A stretch of DNA of 64,000 nucleotides from an uncultured Spirochaetota bacterium (GTDB lineage Bacteria > Spirochaetota > Brevinematia > Brevinematales > JAOACQ01): positions 64,001 to 128,000 of the forward strand of contig CAWAOD010000018.1 of assembly GCA_963783575.1 (NCBI GenBank), given 5' to 3'. The notes beneath the pieces were generated by a model that made no database searches, was not told where the DNA came from, and saw nothing but the letters and a program-made list of their open reading frames with translations. Position numbers and translations under genes: made by a program. This document shows positions 40,924 through 52,106 of the stretch, one piece after another (the stretch's first letter is position 1; each line of letters starts with the position of its first letter).

Positions 40924-41718
40924 TTAGCGTTTTAAGCTATTGGCAGTTCCAAGCATTGAATCGCTTGTTTGAATCGAACGTGAATTGAATTCATAAGCCC
41001 TTTGGGCTACAATCATATCAACCATTTCCTGCACTGCATTAACATTAGACATTTCAAGAAAACTTTGATTTACCGAGCCATATCCTTCAAGAGAGGGGAC
41101 TCCTTGAACGGCAGGTCCGGATGCAGCACTTTCCTTGGCAAAATTTTCACCTGTATTAGTCAACCCCGCAGGATTAATAAAGCGGTACAATGAAATCCTT
41201 CCAACCTCAACATCTTCATCGCTTCCTGCAATTTTGACCGTGACCAATCCATCCTTAGAAATAGTAAGTGATCCCATATCAAAGTTATTGGGCAGAACAA
41301 CTGGTGGATTAAGCCTGTATCCCTGAGAAGTTACTATTTCCATGTTACTGTCAATCTTTAAAGACCCGTCCCTAGTATATGCCTGTGTTCCATCGGGAAG
41401 TGTAATACCCAAAAAACCCTCGCCCTGGATTGCCAGATCAAGTTTATTACCGGTATTCTGGAGGCTTCCCTGAGTATAAAATTTTTGTGTTGCCGAAGGT
41501 CTAACACCTAGACCGACCTGAATCCCTGTTGGATATTGGCTTATCTCAGAAGATGGTGTACCGGCAAGCCTTACGGTTTGATAAAGCAGGTCTTCAAACT
41601 CGGCCCTTGATTTTTTATAGCCGGATGTATTTACGTTTGCAAGATTATTTGCAATTGTATCAATATGGAATTGCTCGCCGATCATTCCTGCCGCGGCAGT
41701 CCAAAGTGATCTCATCAT
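40924..41718 (-). CDS. flgG: Flagellar distal rod protein FlgG
   Basis: MMRSLWTAAAGM, ANNLANVNTSGYKKSRAEFEDLLYQ, LEMSNVNAVQEMVDMIVAQRAYE. Confidence 0.95.
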   Translation of the reverse strand: MMRSLWTAAAGMIGEQFHIDTIANNLANVNTSGYKKSRAEFEDLLYQTVRLAGTPSSEISQYPTGIQVGLGVRPSATQKFYTQGSLQNTGNKLDLAIQGEGFLGITLPDGTQAYTRDGSLKIDSNMEIVTSQGYRLNPPVVLPNNFDMGSLTISKDGLVTVKIAGSDEDVEVGRISLYRFINPAGLTNTGENFAKESAASGPAVQGVPSLEGYGSVNQSFLEMSNVNAVQEMVDMIVAQRAYEFNSRSIQTSDSMLGTANSLKR

Positions 41719-41791
41719 AATACTACTCCTCCAGATTATATATAATCAATCGGAATAATATATTTTTTAATGAGAAATATATTATTTTTAT

Positions 41792-42202
41792 CTATCTGGA
41801 TAGAACAGTTTCAAGGGAATCATTCTTTTTATAAACTGTCCCCTGGAATAAAGCAATTTTATCATTATTATCATCGGTGACTGTAATAATGTATGTCGCT
41901 AGTTTCGGGTTAATCGAGATTTCTTTGGCACTGGCATAAAGAATTCCTTTTTTTACCGCTTTAAAATAAGAAATACTGACATTTATAGCCATAGCCAGAG
42001 TCCCATGAGAATTAGAAGCTACAGCGAATACTGCATCTGCTAAAGAAAAAATGGCTCCGCCATGAACAGTGCCTGCGCTATTCATAAGATCATTATTAAT
42101 TGGCATTTTTGCCTTGGCCCTGCCTTTATCATACTCAATCATTACAATTCCAAGTTTCTCGGCAAAAGCATCATTATCGATAAATCTTTTTAATATATCC
42201 AT
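41792..42202 (-). CDS. PaaI-family hotdog thioesterase
   Basis: NSAGTVHGGAIFSLAD motif. Confidence 0.9.
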   Translation of the reverse strand: MDILKRFIDNDAFAEKLGIVMIEYDKGRAKAKMPINNDLMNSAGTVHGGAIFSLADAVFAVASNSHGTLAMAINVSISYFKAVKKGILYASAKEISINPKLATYIITVTDDNNDKIALFQGTVYKKNDSLETVLSR

Positions 42203-42341
42203 CAGTAATCCTCCTAATTTATTGATTTAATATTGTAAGAATTTATTACAGCTTTATCAATGATTTATAATATTCATATTTCAAACTAGTATTAATTGTT
42301 AGTATTAGCTTTCTCTTTTATAATAATTCCAGGAAGATAAA

Positions 42342-43010
42342 ATGATAGTTATCTATATAGATCATCATTACATGTCTTATCAAAAGACAAATGAAATTCA
42401 AGCAATTAATATCGATTTATCTAACATATCTGATAGTCTTATTAAAAAAGAAAGGATGTTTATTTACCATAAAAAGGGAGATAAATCAGATATTGTTTAT
42501 CAACTATCCCTAACCGGTATTACAAATTCAGAATCAGTTTCCGGAGAATACAGGTATTATTTTGGAGAAATAAAATCTTTGAATGATCTACGATTCGACT
42601 GCTGGCCGATTGATGGAGGCATGTGGAAGATAAGCTCATATTTCGGTGAAAGAGTTAATCCGATGACTGAATTAAATGAGCAGTATCATTCGGGGATTGA
42701 TATAGCATCAAAAAAAGGTACTCCCGTTAAAGCGCCGGCCCCTGGTAAAGTTATTCAGGTATTTGATGTGCCTAAAGAATTCGATTTCACTGCCGGATAC
42801 GGTAGTTTTATAGTTATTGAACATTTTGATGGTTCAATAACTACAATTTATGGACATCTTGGAAAGATTTTAGTCAATAACGGCAAGTTTGTAAAAGCAG
42901 GCGAAATAATAGGAAAGGTTGGCGTTTCCGGAGGAGCAACCGGCCCTCATCTTCATTTTGAAGTAAGGAAAAACAATCATCCGGTGGATCCGATGAAATA
43001 TCTGGAATAA
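42342..43010 (+). CDS. M23-family metallopeptidase
   Basis: HSGID, YGHL, GPHLHFEVR..PVDP. Confidence 0.88.
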   Translation: MIVIYIDHHYMSYQKTNEIQAINIDLSNISDSLIKKERMFIYHKKGDKSDIVYQLSLTGITNSESVSGEYRYYFGEIKSLNDLRFDCWPIDGGMWKISSYFGERVNPMTELNEQYHSGIDIASKKGTPVKAPAPGKVIQVFDVPKEFDFTAGYGSFIVIEHFDGSITTIYGHLGKILVNNGKFVKAGEIIGKVGVSGGATGPHLHFEVRKNNHPVDPMKYLE

Positions 43011-43018
43011 ATGATCTT

Positions 43019-46000
43019 TTAAATCTGGTTTTTATAATATTCTTGAATGGATTTCACCTTAAGCCCTTCTTTACCGAAAGAATCCAGCGCTTCGGCAAGG
43101 GCTATCATAGCTTGGACTGTTGTAAACAGAGGAATCCTTAGCGTTATTGCGGTTTTTCTCAAATAGGTATCGTCAACATGGGCTTGTTTACCTACGGGTG
43201 TATTGAATATCATATTTATATTACCGTTTTTCATTTCATCGGAAATATCTGGCCTCCCTTCTCCCAATTTATAAATAGTGCCGCATTCAATGTTATTTTC
43301 TTTTAAATATCGAGCCGATCCAGGTGTAGCTATCAAATTATATCCCATTTTAATTAATTTTCTCAAGGGGTCTACAATTTTGGGCTTGTCCATATCGTTC
43401 ACTGTTACCAGAATAGTTCCGCTTGAAGGCAGTACTAGACCGGCGGCTATTTGTGATTTTAAAAATGCAGGCCCATAATTTATATCAATCCCCATCACTT
43501 CCCCAGTTGATTTCATTTCCGGACCGAGGATCGCATCTACATCCGGAAATTTATTAAAAGGAATAACCACTTCTTTTACAGAAATATATGAGGGTTCCCT
43601 ATATTTTGATATACCGAGGTCTTTCAGAGTATATCCTATCAATACCTTTGAAGCGATTTTCGCCCATTGGATTCCCGTGGCTTTGCTGACAAATGGAACG
43701 GTTCTTGAAGCACGAGGATTTACTTCTATAAAGTACAATTCATTATCCTTAATTGCAAACTGAATATTCATCAAACCTTTCACACCAAGGGCCTTGCCAA
43801 CTTTAACAGACTGACGTTCAATCTCATTCAACATATCAATATCAATTGTAATCGGCGGCAGAACCATTGCACTGTCGCCAGAATGAATTCCCGCTTCCTC
43901 AATATGCTGCATGATTCCGGCAACAACAACCTCGCTCCCGTCACCAACAGCATCGACATCTATTTCCTGTGCATTTTCCAAAAACTTATCGATAAGAACA
44001 GGGCCGTCTTTAAGAAATTCCGCCTCATCCCTCATATATTTTGAAAGTTCTTCATAACTATAAACAATCAACATGGCCCTTCCGCCAAGAACGTATGAAG
44101 GACGTGCCAGTATGGGGTAACCGATTTTATCTGCAATATCGGTAGCTTCACGGATATTTTTCGCAGTTGCGGATGGAGGCTGTTTAAAATTAAGACTAAT
44201 TATCAAATCATGGAACCTATCACGGTCCTCGGCAATATCAATTGCTTCCGGAGAGGTTCCAAGTATATTTACGCCTGCTTTAAATAATGGAAGAGCTAAT
44301 TTTAGAGGAGTTTGGCCTCCGAATTGAAGAACTATGCCGGACGGCTTTTCTTTTTCATATATATTCATCACATCTTCAAATGTCAGCGGTTCGAAATAAA
44401 GCTTATCGGATATATCATAATCCGTTGAAACTGTTTCAGGATTTGAATTAACCATAATAGTTTCATATCCTTCTTCCCGTAAAGCCATTGAACAATGGAC
44501 ACAGGCATAATCAAACTCTATTCCCTGACCGATACGGTTAGGCCCACTCCCAAGTATCATAACTTTTTTATTAACGGTGGGAAATGCCTCATCCTCATCT
44601 TCGTAAGTAGAATAAAAATAGGGAGTTTTCGCCTGGAATTCGGCAGCGCATGTATCAACCAGTTTATATGTCGGTTCAACTCCAATTGTTTTTCTATAAT
44701 TCCTTATATCAGTTTCATTAAGCCCTTTCTCCAGTAATTTTGAAAGCTGTTTGTCGGAAAAACCGTATTGCTTGATGATTTTCATTTCTTCAGATCCGAT
44801 TCCCCGAAGCTTTTTCCCTTCTATTTCATCTTCAAGATCTAAGATTTCTTTCATATTATAGATAAACCATTTATCAATTTTTGTATATTGATATATCTCA
44901 TCTAAAGAAAAACCAAGCTTCAAAGCGTCTTTTATATAAAGGATCCTTTCCGGATTCGGAATCCTGAGTTTTTCAGGAATTATTCGCCTGATCTCTTCAT
45001 TAGTAATTTCTGATTTTTTATAAAGCGCATACTCAAGCCCGCTCAGATTATTTTCAAGCGATCTCAGTCCCTTCTGAAGCGCCTCTTTAAAAGTACGGCC
45101 TATAGACATCACTTCACCGACCGATTTCATCTGAGTTCCGAGTATTGGCCTTGTTTCTTTGAATTTCTCGAAATTAAATCTCGGGATTTTAACAACGACA
45201 TAATCAAGAGTCGGTTCAAACGAAGCGGGTGTTTCTTTGGTAATATCATTTGGTATTTCGTCAAGTGTATAACCGACAGAAAGCTTTGCAGCGAATTTAG
45301 CGATCGGGAAACCCGTGGCTTTTGACGCAAGAGCCGAACTTCTCGAAACGCGTGGGTTCATTTCAATAACTACAACATCGCCATTATCGGGATTAACGGC
45401 AAACTGTATATTCGAACCTCCGGTATCAACTCCGATTTCCCTAATAATTGCTATTGAATAATCCCTGAGCCTTTGATATTCTTTATCAGTAAGAGTTTGT
45501 GCTGGAGCAACTGTTATTGAATCACCTGTATGGACTCCCATCGGATCAAAATTCTCAATAGAGCAAATTATTACGACATTATCTTTCTTATCACGCATCA
45601 CCTCAAGCTCGAATTCCTTCCAGCCAATCAGTGATTTATCAATTTGAACCTCATTTTTTATGCTTTGATCCAGCCCGCGCTTGATGATTGCCCTGAACTC
45701 ATCGATATTGTATGCAATTCCTCCACCAGTACCGCCGAGAGTATACGCCGGTCTTATTATATTAGGAAAACCAATTTTATCAACAACTTCAAGGGCCTGT
45801 TCCATGGAATGAACAATACAACTTTCCGGAACTTTCAAACCGATTTTTATCATGGCTTTATTAAACTCTTCCCGGTCTTCGCCTTTCTTGATAGCCTCAT
45901 AATTTGCGCCAATCATCTCAACATTATATTTATCCAGAATTCCGCATTCATAAAGCTCAACTGCTGCATTAAGAGCAGTCTGCCCTCCAAGGGTCGGAAG

Positions 46001-46258
46001 AAGTGCATCGGGACGTTCTTTTTCAATTATTTTTTCAAGAAATTCAATTGTGATAGGCTCAATGAAAGTTTTATCGGCAATCTCAGGATCGGTCATAATA
46101 GTAGCCGGATTTGAATTGATTAATATAACTTCATATCCTTCTTCTTTGAGTGCTTTGCAAGCCTGTGTCCCGGAATAATCAAATTCACAAGCCTGCCCGA
46201 TTATAATAGGACCTGCTCCAATAATCATTATTTTTTTAATATCTTCCCTTTTCGGCAT
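43019..46258 (-). CDS. carB: Carbamoyl-phosphate synthase large subunit
   Basis: [53 protein letters not shown]. Confidence 0.98.
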   Translation of the reverse strand: MPKREDIKKIMIIGAGPIIIGQACEFDYSGTQACKALKEEGYEVILINSNPATIMTDPEIADKTFIEPITIEFLEKIIEKERPDALLPTLGGQTALNAAVELYECGILDKYNVEMIGANYEAIKKGEDREEFNKAMIKIGLKVPESCIVHSMEQALEVVDKIGFPNIIRPAYTLGGTGGGIAYNIDEFRAIIKRGLDQSIKNEVQIDKSLIGWKEFELEVMRDKKDNVVIICSIENFDPMGVHTGDSITVAPAQTLTDKEYQRLRDYSIAIIREIGVDTGGSNIQFAVNPDNGDVVVIEMNPRVSRSSALASKATGFPIAKFAAKLSVGYTLDEIPNDITKETPASFEPTLDYVVVKIPRFNFEKFKETRPILGTQMKSVGEVMSIGRTFKEALQKGLRSLENNLSGLEYALYKKSEITNEEIRRIIPEKLRIPNPERILYIKDALKLGFSLDEIYQYTKIDKWFIYNMKEILDLEDEIEGKKLRGIGSEEMKIIKQYGFSDKQLSKLLEKGLNETDIRNYRKTIGVEPTYKLVDTCAAEFQAKTPYFYSTYEDEDEAFPTVNKKVMILGSGPNRIGQGIEFDYACVHCSMALREEGYETIMVNSNPETVSTDYDISDKLYFEPLTFEDVMNIYEKEKPSGIVLQFGGQTPLKLALPLFKAGVNILGTSPEAIDIAEDRDRFHDLIISLNFKQPPSATAKNIREATDIADKIGYPILARPSYVLGGRAMLIVYSYEELSKYMRDEAEFLKDGPVLIDKFLENAQEIDVDAVGDGSEVVVAGIMQHIEEAGIHSGDSAMVLPPITIDIDMLNEIERQSVKVGKALGVKGLMNIQFAIKDNELYFIEVNPRASRTVPFVSKATGIQWAKIASKVLIGYTLKDLGISKYREPSYISVKEVVIPFNKFPDVDAILGPEMKSTGEVMGIDINYGPAFLKSQIAAGLVLPSSGTILVTVNDMDKPKIVDPLRKLIKMGYNLIATPGSARYLKENNIECGTIYKLGEGRPDISDEMKNGNINMIFNTPVGKQAHVDDTYLRKTAITLRIPLFTTVQAMIALAEALDSFGKEGLKVKSIQEYYKNQI

Positions 46259-46656
46259 AAAATCCCCAATTTTACAAAAAGTACAATTAAGAATAGATTA
46301 TTTAAAAAAACAATATTTAATCTTTATTTCACAATATGGTTTTTTATGTTAGATATTTAAGAATTATGAAGATATTAAATTCCTTAGTAACAATTGTTCA
46401 AAAAAATAATCTATATATTCGATAGGCATAATTAATATGCTTCAACAATATAACTGTTAAATATTTTTCCATAATTTGTCGAAATTTAGCTGTTTATTAA
46501 AATACTATATTCTTATTATTATTTATTATATTATAATATATTATAAATTCAATTGAAGAAATTGTCATTTTTCAGAAATTATTATTGGAAAATAATTAGT
46601 AATTTATATAAATTTTCGGTCTTCTTCAGGAAAAATAAATTTCTATAAGGTGTAGA

Positions 46657-48027
46657 ATGCTATTAAACACTATCATTTTTATATTATCTTTATTCTTAAC
46701 TCTAAATCAAATAATTAATTTTATCCCAGCCGCTGTTTTATGTGTTATTGTGATAATGATTTCAATTTTTACTAAAAAGCCGATATTAATTATTTTTTTA
46801 ATTGCGGGGTTGTTATCCGGTTATTTCAGCGGCATTGGAATTCATAATTCCTCAAAAGATTTACCGGATAAAGGATTTGCACACTCATTTTTAATAATCA
46901 GTGATTTCCCCGAATTAAGGGAAGACGGCCAATACCAGGTACATTCGGGCAATATAAAAATAATTTCAACAAATGCCTACACAACTTATAAAACACAGAC
47001 TGTTGAAGTCTTTGGTTATATAAGTTCATTTCAATTCGGAAATCAGCTTTATTATAATATCTACGCCAAAAATATCATACAAGTCAAAGAAGGGTTATTT
47101 TTTCTGAAACTGATTTCAAATTTAAGGAAATGGGTAAACGATAAAATCGAAACTACTGTCAATCCTGATATTAAATCGCTATTATATTGCATGATACTTG
47201 CCAATACAAACTTTGTTGATTTCTCTACAGCACAAACCTTCAAAATGACAGGTGTTGTTCACTTACTGGCAATTTCCGGCTTAAATGTTGCCATTATTGC
47301 AATCGGTATCCTGTTCATATTAAAAAAATTTATGAAAAATCACCCGGCATATTTGATTACAACCGTTATTATAATACTATATATTGCCCTGGCTGGTTTT
47401 GGGGCTTCTATAATGCGCGCAGGCTTGATGTTCATTATATATAATATTTTTAAATTATCCGGGAGGGATACTGATTTTTTTGATATAATATTGGCTTCCT
47501 TTATTATTGTGCTTACTTATAATCCTTTATTTATAATCAATCCCGGTTTCTGGTTAAGTTATACTGCGGTGATAGGAATCTATTTTTTTATAGAAATTAT
47601 TAAGAAGTGTTTTTTATTTTCAGGAAAGTTTATTTCTGAAATGATATCTGTTACTTTATCGGCAAATATCAGCACCATGCCGGTTCTTTTATACTGCTTC
47701 AAAGGCGTAAGCATTATATCTCCAATAGCTAATCTAATAATAGTCCCGGCTTTTAATCTCCTGACATATCTGCTTTTTGTGGAATTTATTTTTTTAATAA
47801 CAGGATTCACAATATTAAATCCTGCATTGGAATTTATCATAATGATTCTTTGGCGATTTTCACAAAAATCTGCTGAAATCCTTTCGTTTGTTCCTATGGC
47901 TTATCAAACAGTAAAAACATTTACTTTAACCGACCTTGCGGCAGCATATATATTAATTGCAGGTGTATTTTTCATATTGCCTAAAATACGTTATTATTTT
48001 ACACTTAAATTTTTAGATAATCAATAA
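46657..48027 (+). CDS. comEC: ComEC/Rec2 competence membrane protein lacking the C-terminal beta-lactamase domain
   Basis: GVVHLLAISGLNV, ASIMRAGLM, PGFWLSY, ANLIIVP; multiple TM segments. Confidence 0.85.
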   Translation: MLLNTIIFILSLFLTLNQIINFIPAAVLCVIVIMISIFTKKPILIIFLIAGLLSGYFSGIGIHNSSKDLPDKGFAHSFLIISDFPELREDGQYQVHSGNIKIISTNAYTTYKTQTVEVFGYISSFQFGNQLYYNIYAKNIIQVKEGLFFLKLISNLRKWVNDKIETTVNPDIKSLLYCMILANTNFVDFSTAQTFKMTGVVHLLAISGLNVAIIAIGILFILKKFMKNHPAYLITTVIIILYIALAGFGASIMRAGLMFIIYNIFKLSGRDTDFFDIILASFIIVLTYNPLFIINPGFWLSYTAVIGIYFFIEIIKKCFLFSGKFISEMISVTLSANISTMPVLLYCFKGVSIISPIANLIIVPAFNLLTYLLFVEFIFLITGFTILNPALEFIIMILWRFSQKSAEILSFVPMAYQTVKTFTLTDLAAAYILIAGVFFILPKIRYYFTLKFLDNQ

Positions 48028-48046
48028 AACCAAGAACAAACTATTG

Positions 48047-48487
48047 TCAATACCCCGAAATTCCTGTGCTGCCAAAGCCGCCATTACCCCTGACTGTAAA
48101 TGATAATTCTTCTTCAATTTGAAACTTACATTTAATAATGGGAGAAATTATCATCTGCGCTATCCTGTCATGATTCTTTATCAGAAAATCATTTTGCCCA
48201 AGATTTATCATTATTATCTTTACCTCACCCCTATAGTCAGAATCGATTGTACCTGGGGCATTCGGAATGGATATTCCCCTCACAGCCAGACCGCTTCTGG
48301 GACGGATCTGGGCCTCATAACCTTCAGGGATTTCAATTGAGAAACCAGAAGGAATTATCTTTATTTCCATAGGCTTGATTAATATTTCCGAATCCAGACA
48401 TGCACAAATATCGGCACCGGCACTAAGTGTTGTTTTATATTCCGGTAAAATTGCGTTCTTATGAAGCAATTTGATTTTTATAACCAT
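48047..48487 (-). CDS. dut: dUTP pyrophosphatase
   Basis: SAGAD, RPRSGLA, PGTIDSDYRGE, RGNGGFGSTG. Confidence 0.97.
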   Translation of the reverse strand: MVIKIKLLHKNAILPEYKTTLSAGADICACLDSEILIKPMEIKIIPSGFSIEIPEGYEAQIRPRSGLAVRGISIPNAPGTIDSDYRGEVKIIMINLGQNDFLIKNHDRIAQMIISPIIKCKFQIEEELSFTVRGNGGFGSTGISGY

Positions 48488-48506
48488 ATATAATCCTTTT
48501 AGCCAA

Positions 48507-50390
48507 TTATTTTATTTTAAAAATATACCTTTTAACTTTTTTACTTGAAGTTTTAGGTAATTCTTCATTTGTTATTTCAAATCCCCTCAAATGTTTATAA
48601 TTAGCCATTTTATCAGTATAATTTTTAATTTCTTTTCCAATTAATTCTATAATTTCTTTTTCGGTATAGCTTTTCTTATGTTCATTCTCCAGTACTGTAA
48701 CCGCTTCAAAATTTGGATAAATAATTGCATAAGGATACTCTCCGCTGTCACCTTCCGATTTTCCCGTTACCAGAACTTCCGAGATATACTCACTCTCAAG
48801 AAGCTTATTTTCTATCTCCTCAGGATAAATATTCTTTCCTCCTTTTGTAACTATGATATTCTTCATTCTACCGCTGATATATATAAATCCGTCACTATCC
48901 ATCCTGGCAATATCTCCTGTATGGAACCATCCATCCCGGTCTATTACTTCGGATGTAAGACTTGGTTGATTATAATAACCGGACATAATGTGCGGTCCCC
49001 TTGTAAGTAGCTCACCATTTCCGCTTTCATCGGGATTTTCTATTTTAACCTCAACATTACACAAAGGAAGCCCTACTGAACCGGGTTTATTATGTTCCGG
49101 GAAAGTGCTTGATACAACCGGAGAAGTTTCTGTTAATCCATAACCCTGCATAATTGTCAAACCTAAAATCTCCATACCATCAATAATTTCTTTTGGAATC
49201 GGCCCTGCACCCGATATAAAAAATTTCAAGTTTGTAACACCAAGCTGTTCCCTTAAGCTTTTGAACAAAACATACCCGATTTTTTTACCAAGAATTTTAT
49301 AAAAAAACCGGCTGATATTAAATAAAATGCTGAAAATAATATGAATTATTATTCCTTTTTCCATAACATTAATAAATATATTTTTATATATTTTCTCTAT
49401 TAGAATGGGTACCGCTGGTATGCATGTAGCCCCGGTTTCTTTCATCGTTTGTATAAGAATATTCGGCCTTAATGTTGGAATAGTGGTGATCTGGGCATAA
49501 GTCAATATAGGCAAAATTACACCTAATATTGTCGGATAAGTATGATGATAAGGCAGTACAATAATCCAATTGTCACCCGGCCCAAGTTTTGTCCCCATAT
49601 GAAGTCCGTCTGCATTGGAAATCAGGTTGCTATGGGTTAATAAAACCCCTTTAGGCAAACCCGTTGTTCCGGATGTAAAGATAAGTGCTGCTATATCCCC
49701 CGGCATAACTGATGATTTCTCATAATGGTTAATATGATTTTGAAATAGATAATTTCCTATTTTATATATTGAATTAAATAATATAAATCTGGAATTTTTA
49801 AATGGAAATTTTTCTTTGATTTCAATATTTTCAATTTCAAATATTCTTTCTTTAAAATTATCAGCTGTTATTTCTTCTTTATTAGATTTATAAGATGATT
49901 CTAAATCTTCATATAAATAATGATTTTCATCAAATAAAATAATTTTTTTTAACATCATTACATGCTGTTGAATATCAATAATTTTATCTACATATGAATT
50001 AGAAGTAAATATCATCGATACTTCGCTGGCTTTTACAATATGTATTAATTCATCTGTGCTAAGGAGAATGTCATATGGAACAATTACTGCTCCAATACAA
50101 GTAACAGCCAAATAAGTTATAGCCCATTCAATCCTGTTTTCCGATATTACTCCAATCCTGTCACCTTTTTTTATCCCCATTTGCACTAATGCATTACCCA
50201 GATTCATTATATAATGGCGAAGTTCCCCGTAATTCAATCTCCAGTATGTTTCATTAACTTTCATTTGTAAAGCAGGTAAATTTAATTTATTATCTTCAAA
50301 ATTATCAATTATTTCTCTAAGGGTTTTCATATTTGTTGATTCTCTAACCTTATTAACCAGCATTTGAATCCTCTTTAATATACTGTGCAA
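48507..50390 (-). CDS. Long-chain fatty acid-CoA ligase (AMP-binding)
   Basis: FTSGTTGLPKGV, QGYGLTETSP, GWFHTGD, GKNIYPEEIE; start may be one of the downstream Met codons. Confidence 0.9.
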   Translation of the reverse strand: MHSILKRIQMLVNKVRESTNMKTLREIIDNFEDNKLNLPALQMKVNETYWRLNYGELRHYIMNLGNALVQMGIKKGDRIGVISENRIEWAITYLAVTCIGAVIVPYDILLSTDELIHIVKASEVSMIFTSNSYVDKIIDIQQHVMMLKKIILFDENHYLYEDLESSYKSNKEEITADNFKERIFEIENIEIKEKFPFKNSRFILFNSIYKIGNYLFQNHINHYEKSSVMPGDIAALIFTSGTTGLPKGVLLTHSNLISNADGLHMGTKLGPGDNWIIVLPYHHTYPTILGVILPILTYAQITTIPTLRPNILIQTMKETGATCIPAVPILIEKIYKNIFINVMEKGIIIHIIFSILFNISRFFYKILGKKIGYVLFKSLREQLGVTNLKFFISGAGPIPKEIIDGMEILGLTIMQGYGLTETSPVVSSTFPEHNKPGSVGLPLCNVEVKIENPDESGNGELLTRGPHIMSGYYNQPSLTSEVIDRDGWFHTGDIARMDSDGFIYISGRMKNIIVTKGGKNIYPEEIENKLLESEYISEVLVTGKSEGDSGEYPYAIIYPNFEAVTVLENEHKKSYTEKEIIELIGKEIKNYTDKMANYKHLRGFEITNEELPKTSSKKVKRYIFKIK

Positions 50391-50465
50391 TTGAATTATT
50401 ATAACATTAACTTTTCATTATAACAATTTTATAATTATGCCAGAATATTAATATAGCCATATTTT

Positions 50466-50494
50466 TTGACAGAGATTAAAAAATAATTTAAAAT
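50466..50494 (+). promoter_or_regulatory. Sigma70 promoter for tRNA-Phe-rpmH-rnpA-yidD
   Basis: TTGACA (50466-50471), 17-nt spacer, TAAAAT (50489-50494). Confidence 0.7.
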
Positions 50495-50510
50495 ACTTGC
50501 ACGTTTGTTT

Positions 50511-50583
<73 letters not shown>

Positions 50584-50609
50584 AATTAATATTTAAGGAG
50601 TTGATTATT

Positions 50610-50753
50610 ATGAAAAGAACATATCAGCCCAGCAGAATAAAACGAGCAAGGACGCATGGATTCAGAAGAAGAATGAAAACAAAGGATGGAAGAATTATTA
50701 TCAATAGAAGAAGATCCGAAGGAAGAAAAAGACTTTCAGTCTCTGATGAATAA
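50610..50753 (+). CDS. rpmH: 50S ribosomal protein L34
   Basis: [31 protein letters not shown]. Confidence 0.97.
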   Translation: MKRTYQPSRIKRARTHGFRRRMKTKDGRIIINRRRSEGRKRLSVSDE

Positions 50754-51138
50754 CCAATCTCAAAGTTTTTCTATCAGTCGATCCATAAATTCGAATTCTT
50801 TCGGAAAAGAATTCAGAATTCAAATAAAAAAAGATTTTGATTACATTTATAATAAAGGTAATAAGTTATATGGTAAATATTATATTGCTTTTTATATAAA
50901 TTCAAAAATTAATCAATTAGGAATCTCAATTCCAAAAAAAATGGGCAATTCTGTCTTCAGGAATAGGCAAAAAAGAATTTTAAGAGAATTTTTCAGGGTA
51001 AAAAAAAATTATATTGATCAACCCATTAATATTATCTTTGTTTTAAAAAAAATCCCACCCGATGCCATATCTCAACAGATTGATATTAAGAGAGTATTTC
51101 AATGCCTTATGAATATCGAAAAACATTTCGAAAAATAA
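50746..51138 (+). CDS. rnpA: Ribonuclease P protein component
   Basis: [27 protein letters not shown] (RNR motif); follows rpmH. Confidence 0.9.
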   Translation: MNNQSQSFSISRSINSNSFGKEFRIQIKKDFDYIYNKGNKLYGKYYIAFYINSKINQLGISIPKKMGNSVFRNRQKRILREFFRVKKNYIDQPINIIFVLKKIPPDAISQQIDIKRVFQCLMNIEKHFEK

Positions 51139-51401
51139 TTATTTTTCCTTTTATTATTTATAAAAAATTAATTTCTCCGTTATTACCGAGGGCCTGTATT
51201 TATCAGCCTAGTTGCTCGGAATATATGAGATTTTCGATTATGAAATTCGGATTATTTAAAGGCACAATAATCGGAATAACAAGGATTTTACGATGCAACA
51301 GTGCTTTTTTTACTGGAGGTGAAGATTCTGTCCCTAACGAATTCAGTTTAAAAATAATAAAACTTGATTACAAAAAATATTACAGGTTTAATAATAAATA
51401 A
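51102..51401 (+). CDS. yidD: Membrane protein insertion efficiency factor YidD
   Basis: YKKLISP..CIYQPSCSEY..RILRC..GGEDSVP. Confidence 0.92.
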   Translation: MPYEYRKTFRKIIIFPFIIYKKLISPLLPRACIYQPSCSEYMRFSIMKFGLFKGTIIGITRILRCNSAFFTGGEDSVPNEFSLKIIKLDYKKYYRFNNK

Positions 51402-51449
51402 TTATTATTATTTTTAATTGATTATTTTATAAAGTAAGCTTCAAGCTTG

Positions 51450-52031
51450 TTAAATACCATAAGCAAAGGAAATGAAAAATCTAGCTCCGACAGTATAGTT
51501 TGGTACATCGGGTATCAAACCATATATTATTCGGATTCCAACTTTTGTAAAAAGATCGCCCGATATTTGCGCCGTCAGCTCCGGACCAAAATAAATTGAA
51601 AAGAAATTAATTTCCTTGTTTGACATTTGGTGATATATACTATTTAAGTCAACCAGGTATCCCGATAAAAAATTATTGTATAAAATTCCAAATCCCAAAG
51701 TTACCCCAGGCAAATAGAATTTCATTCCTCCACCCATTTCAATATAATCCCGTTCACCGTTACCTGTTACTGTAACACCGTTAACCGAATAATTTGTGAC
51801 CGGAATAGTTGTCTTAGCCATCTCAATTTGAAGTCCTAACCATTGATTCATAACATTTTCAAAAAAGACACCGCTACTCCAATCGCTTAAATAAGTATTT
51901 ACATAAAATTCACCGCCGCCCTGAAAACCGATAAGCTGCGTATAGAAACCTTTTATATTATCTTCTGTAAAAGCTATATTCAAAATAAAAAACAAAAAGA
52001 ACGATAGGAATACAATCCTTATTGATTTCAT
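51450..52031 (-). CDS. Small predicted outer-membrane beta-barrel protein
   Basis: AGGAGG RBS before ATG 52031 (MKSIRIVF signal peptide); amphipathic strands; C-terminal FFISFAYGI. Confidence 0.6.
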   Translation of the reverse strand: MKSIRIVFLSFFLFFILNIAFTEDNIKGFYTQLIGFQGGGEFYVNTYLSDWSSGVFFENVMNQWLGLQIEMAKTTIPVTNYSVNGVTVTGNGERDYIEMGGGMKFYLPGVTLGFGILYNNFLSGYLVDLNSIYHQMSNKEINFFSIYFGPELTAQISGDLFTKVGIRIIYGLIPDVPNYTVGARFFISFAYGI

Positions 52032-52106
52032 AAAACCTCCTGACAATGAAGCCGAATTTATCTTACTAAACATAGATCCATTTATCTTATTTTCGGAAAA
52101 CATATT

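Noticed and set aside
41108..41130. CAGGTCCGG..GCAGC resembling the SRP RNA loop
   Set aside because: Lies antisense within the flgG coding sequence and lacks the flanking SRP helix
42260..42345. Frameshifted hydrophobic leader (FKLVLIVSISFLF) for the M23 peptidase
   Set aside because: Joining it to a start codon would need two separate indels, which cannot be supported without reads or homologs
45644..46114. 156-aa ORF antisense to carB, and the other short antisense ORFs in the track
   Set aside because: Shadow ORFs overlapping well-supported genes, with no recognisable motifs
46259..46656. AT-rich intergenic region as oriC, given nearby rpmH and mnmE
   Set aside because: No cluster of DnaA boxes and no dnaA/dnaN; the only TTATCCACA I noticed (about 13188) is inside a CDS
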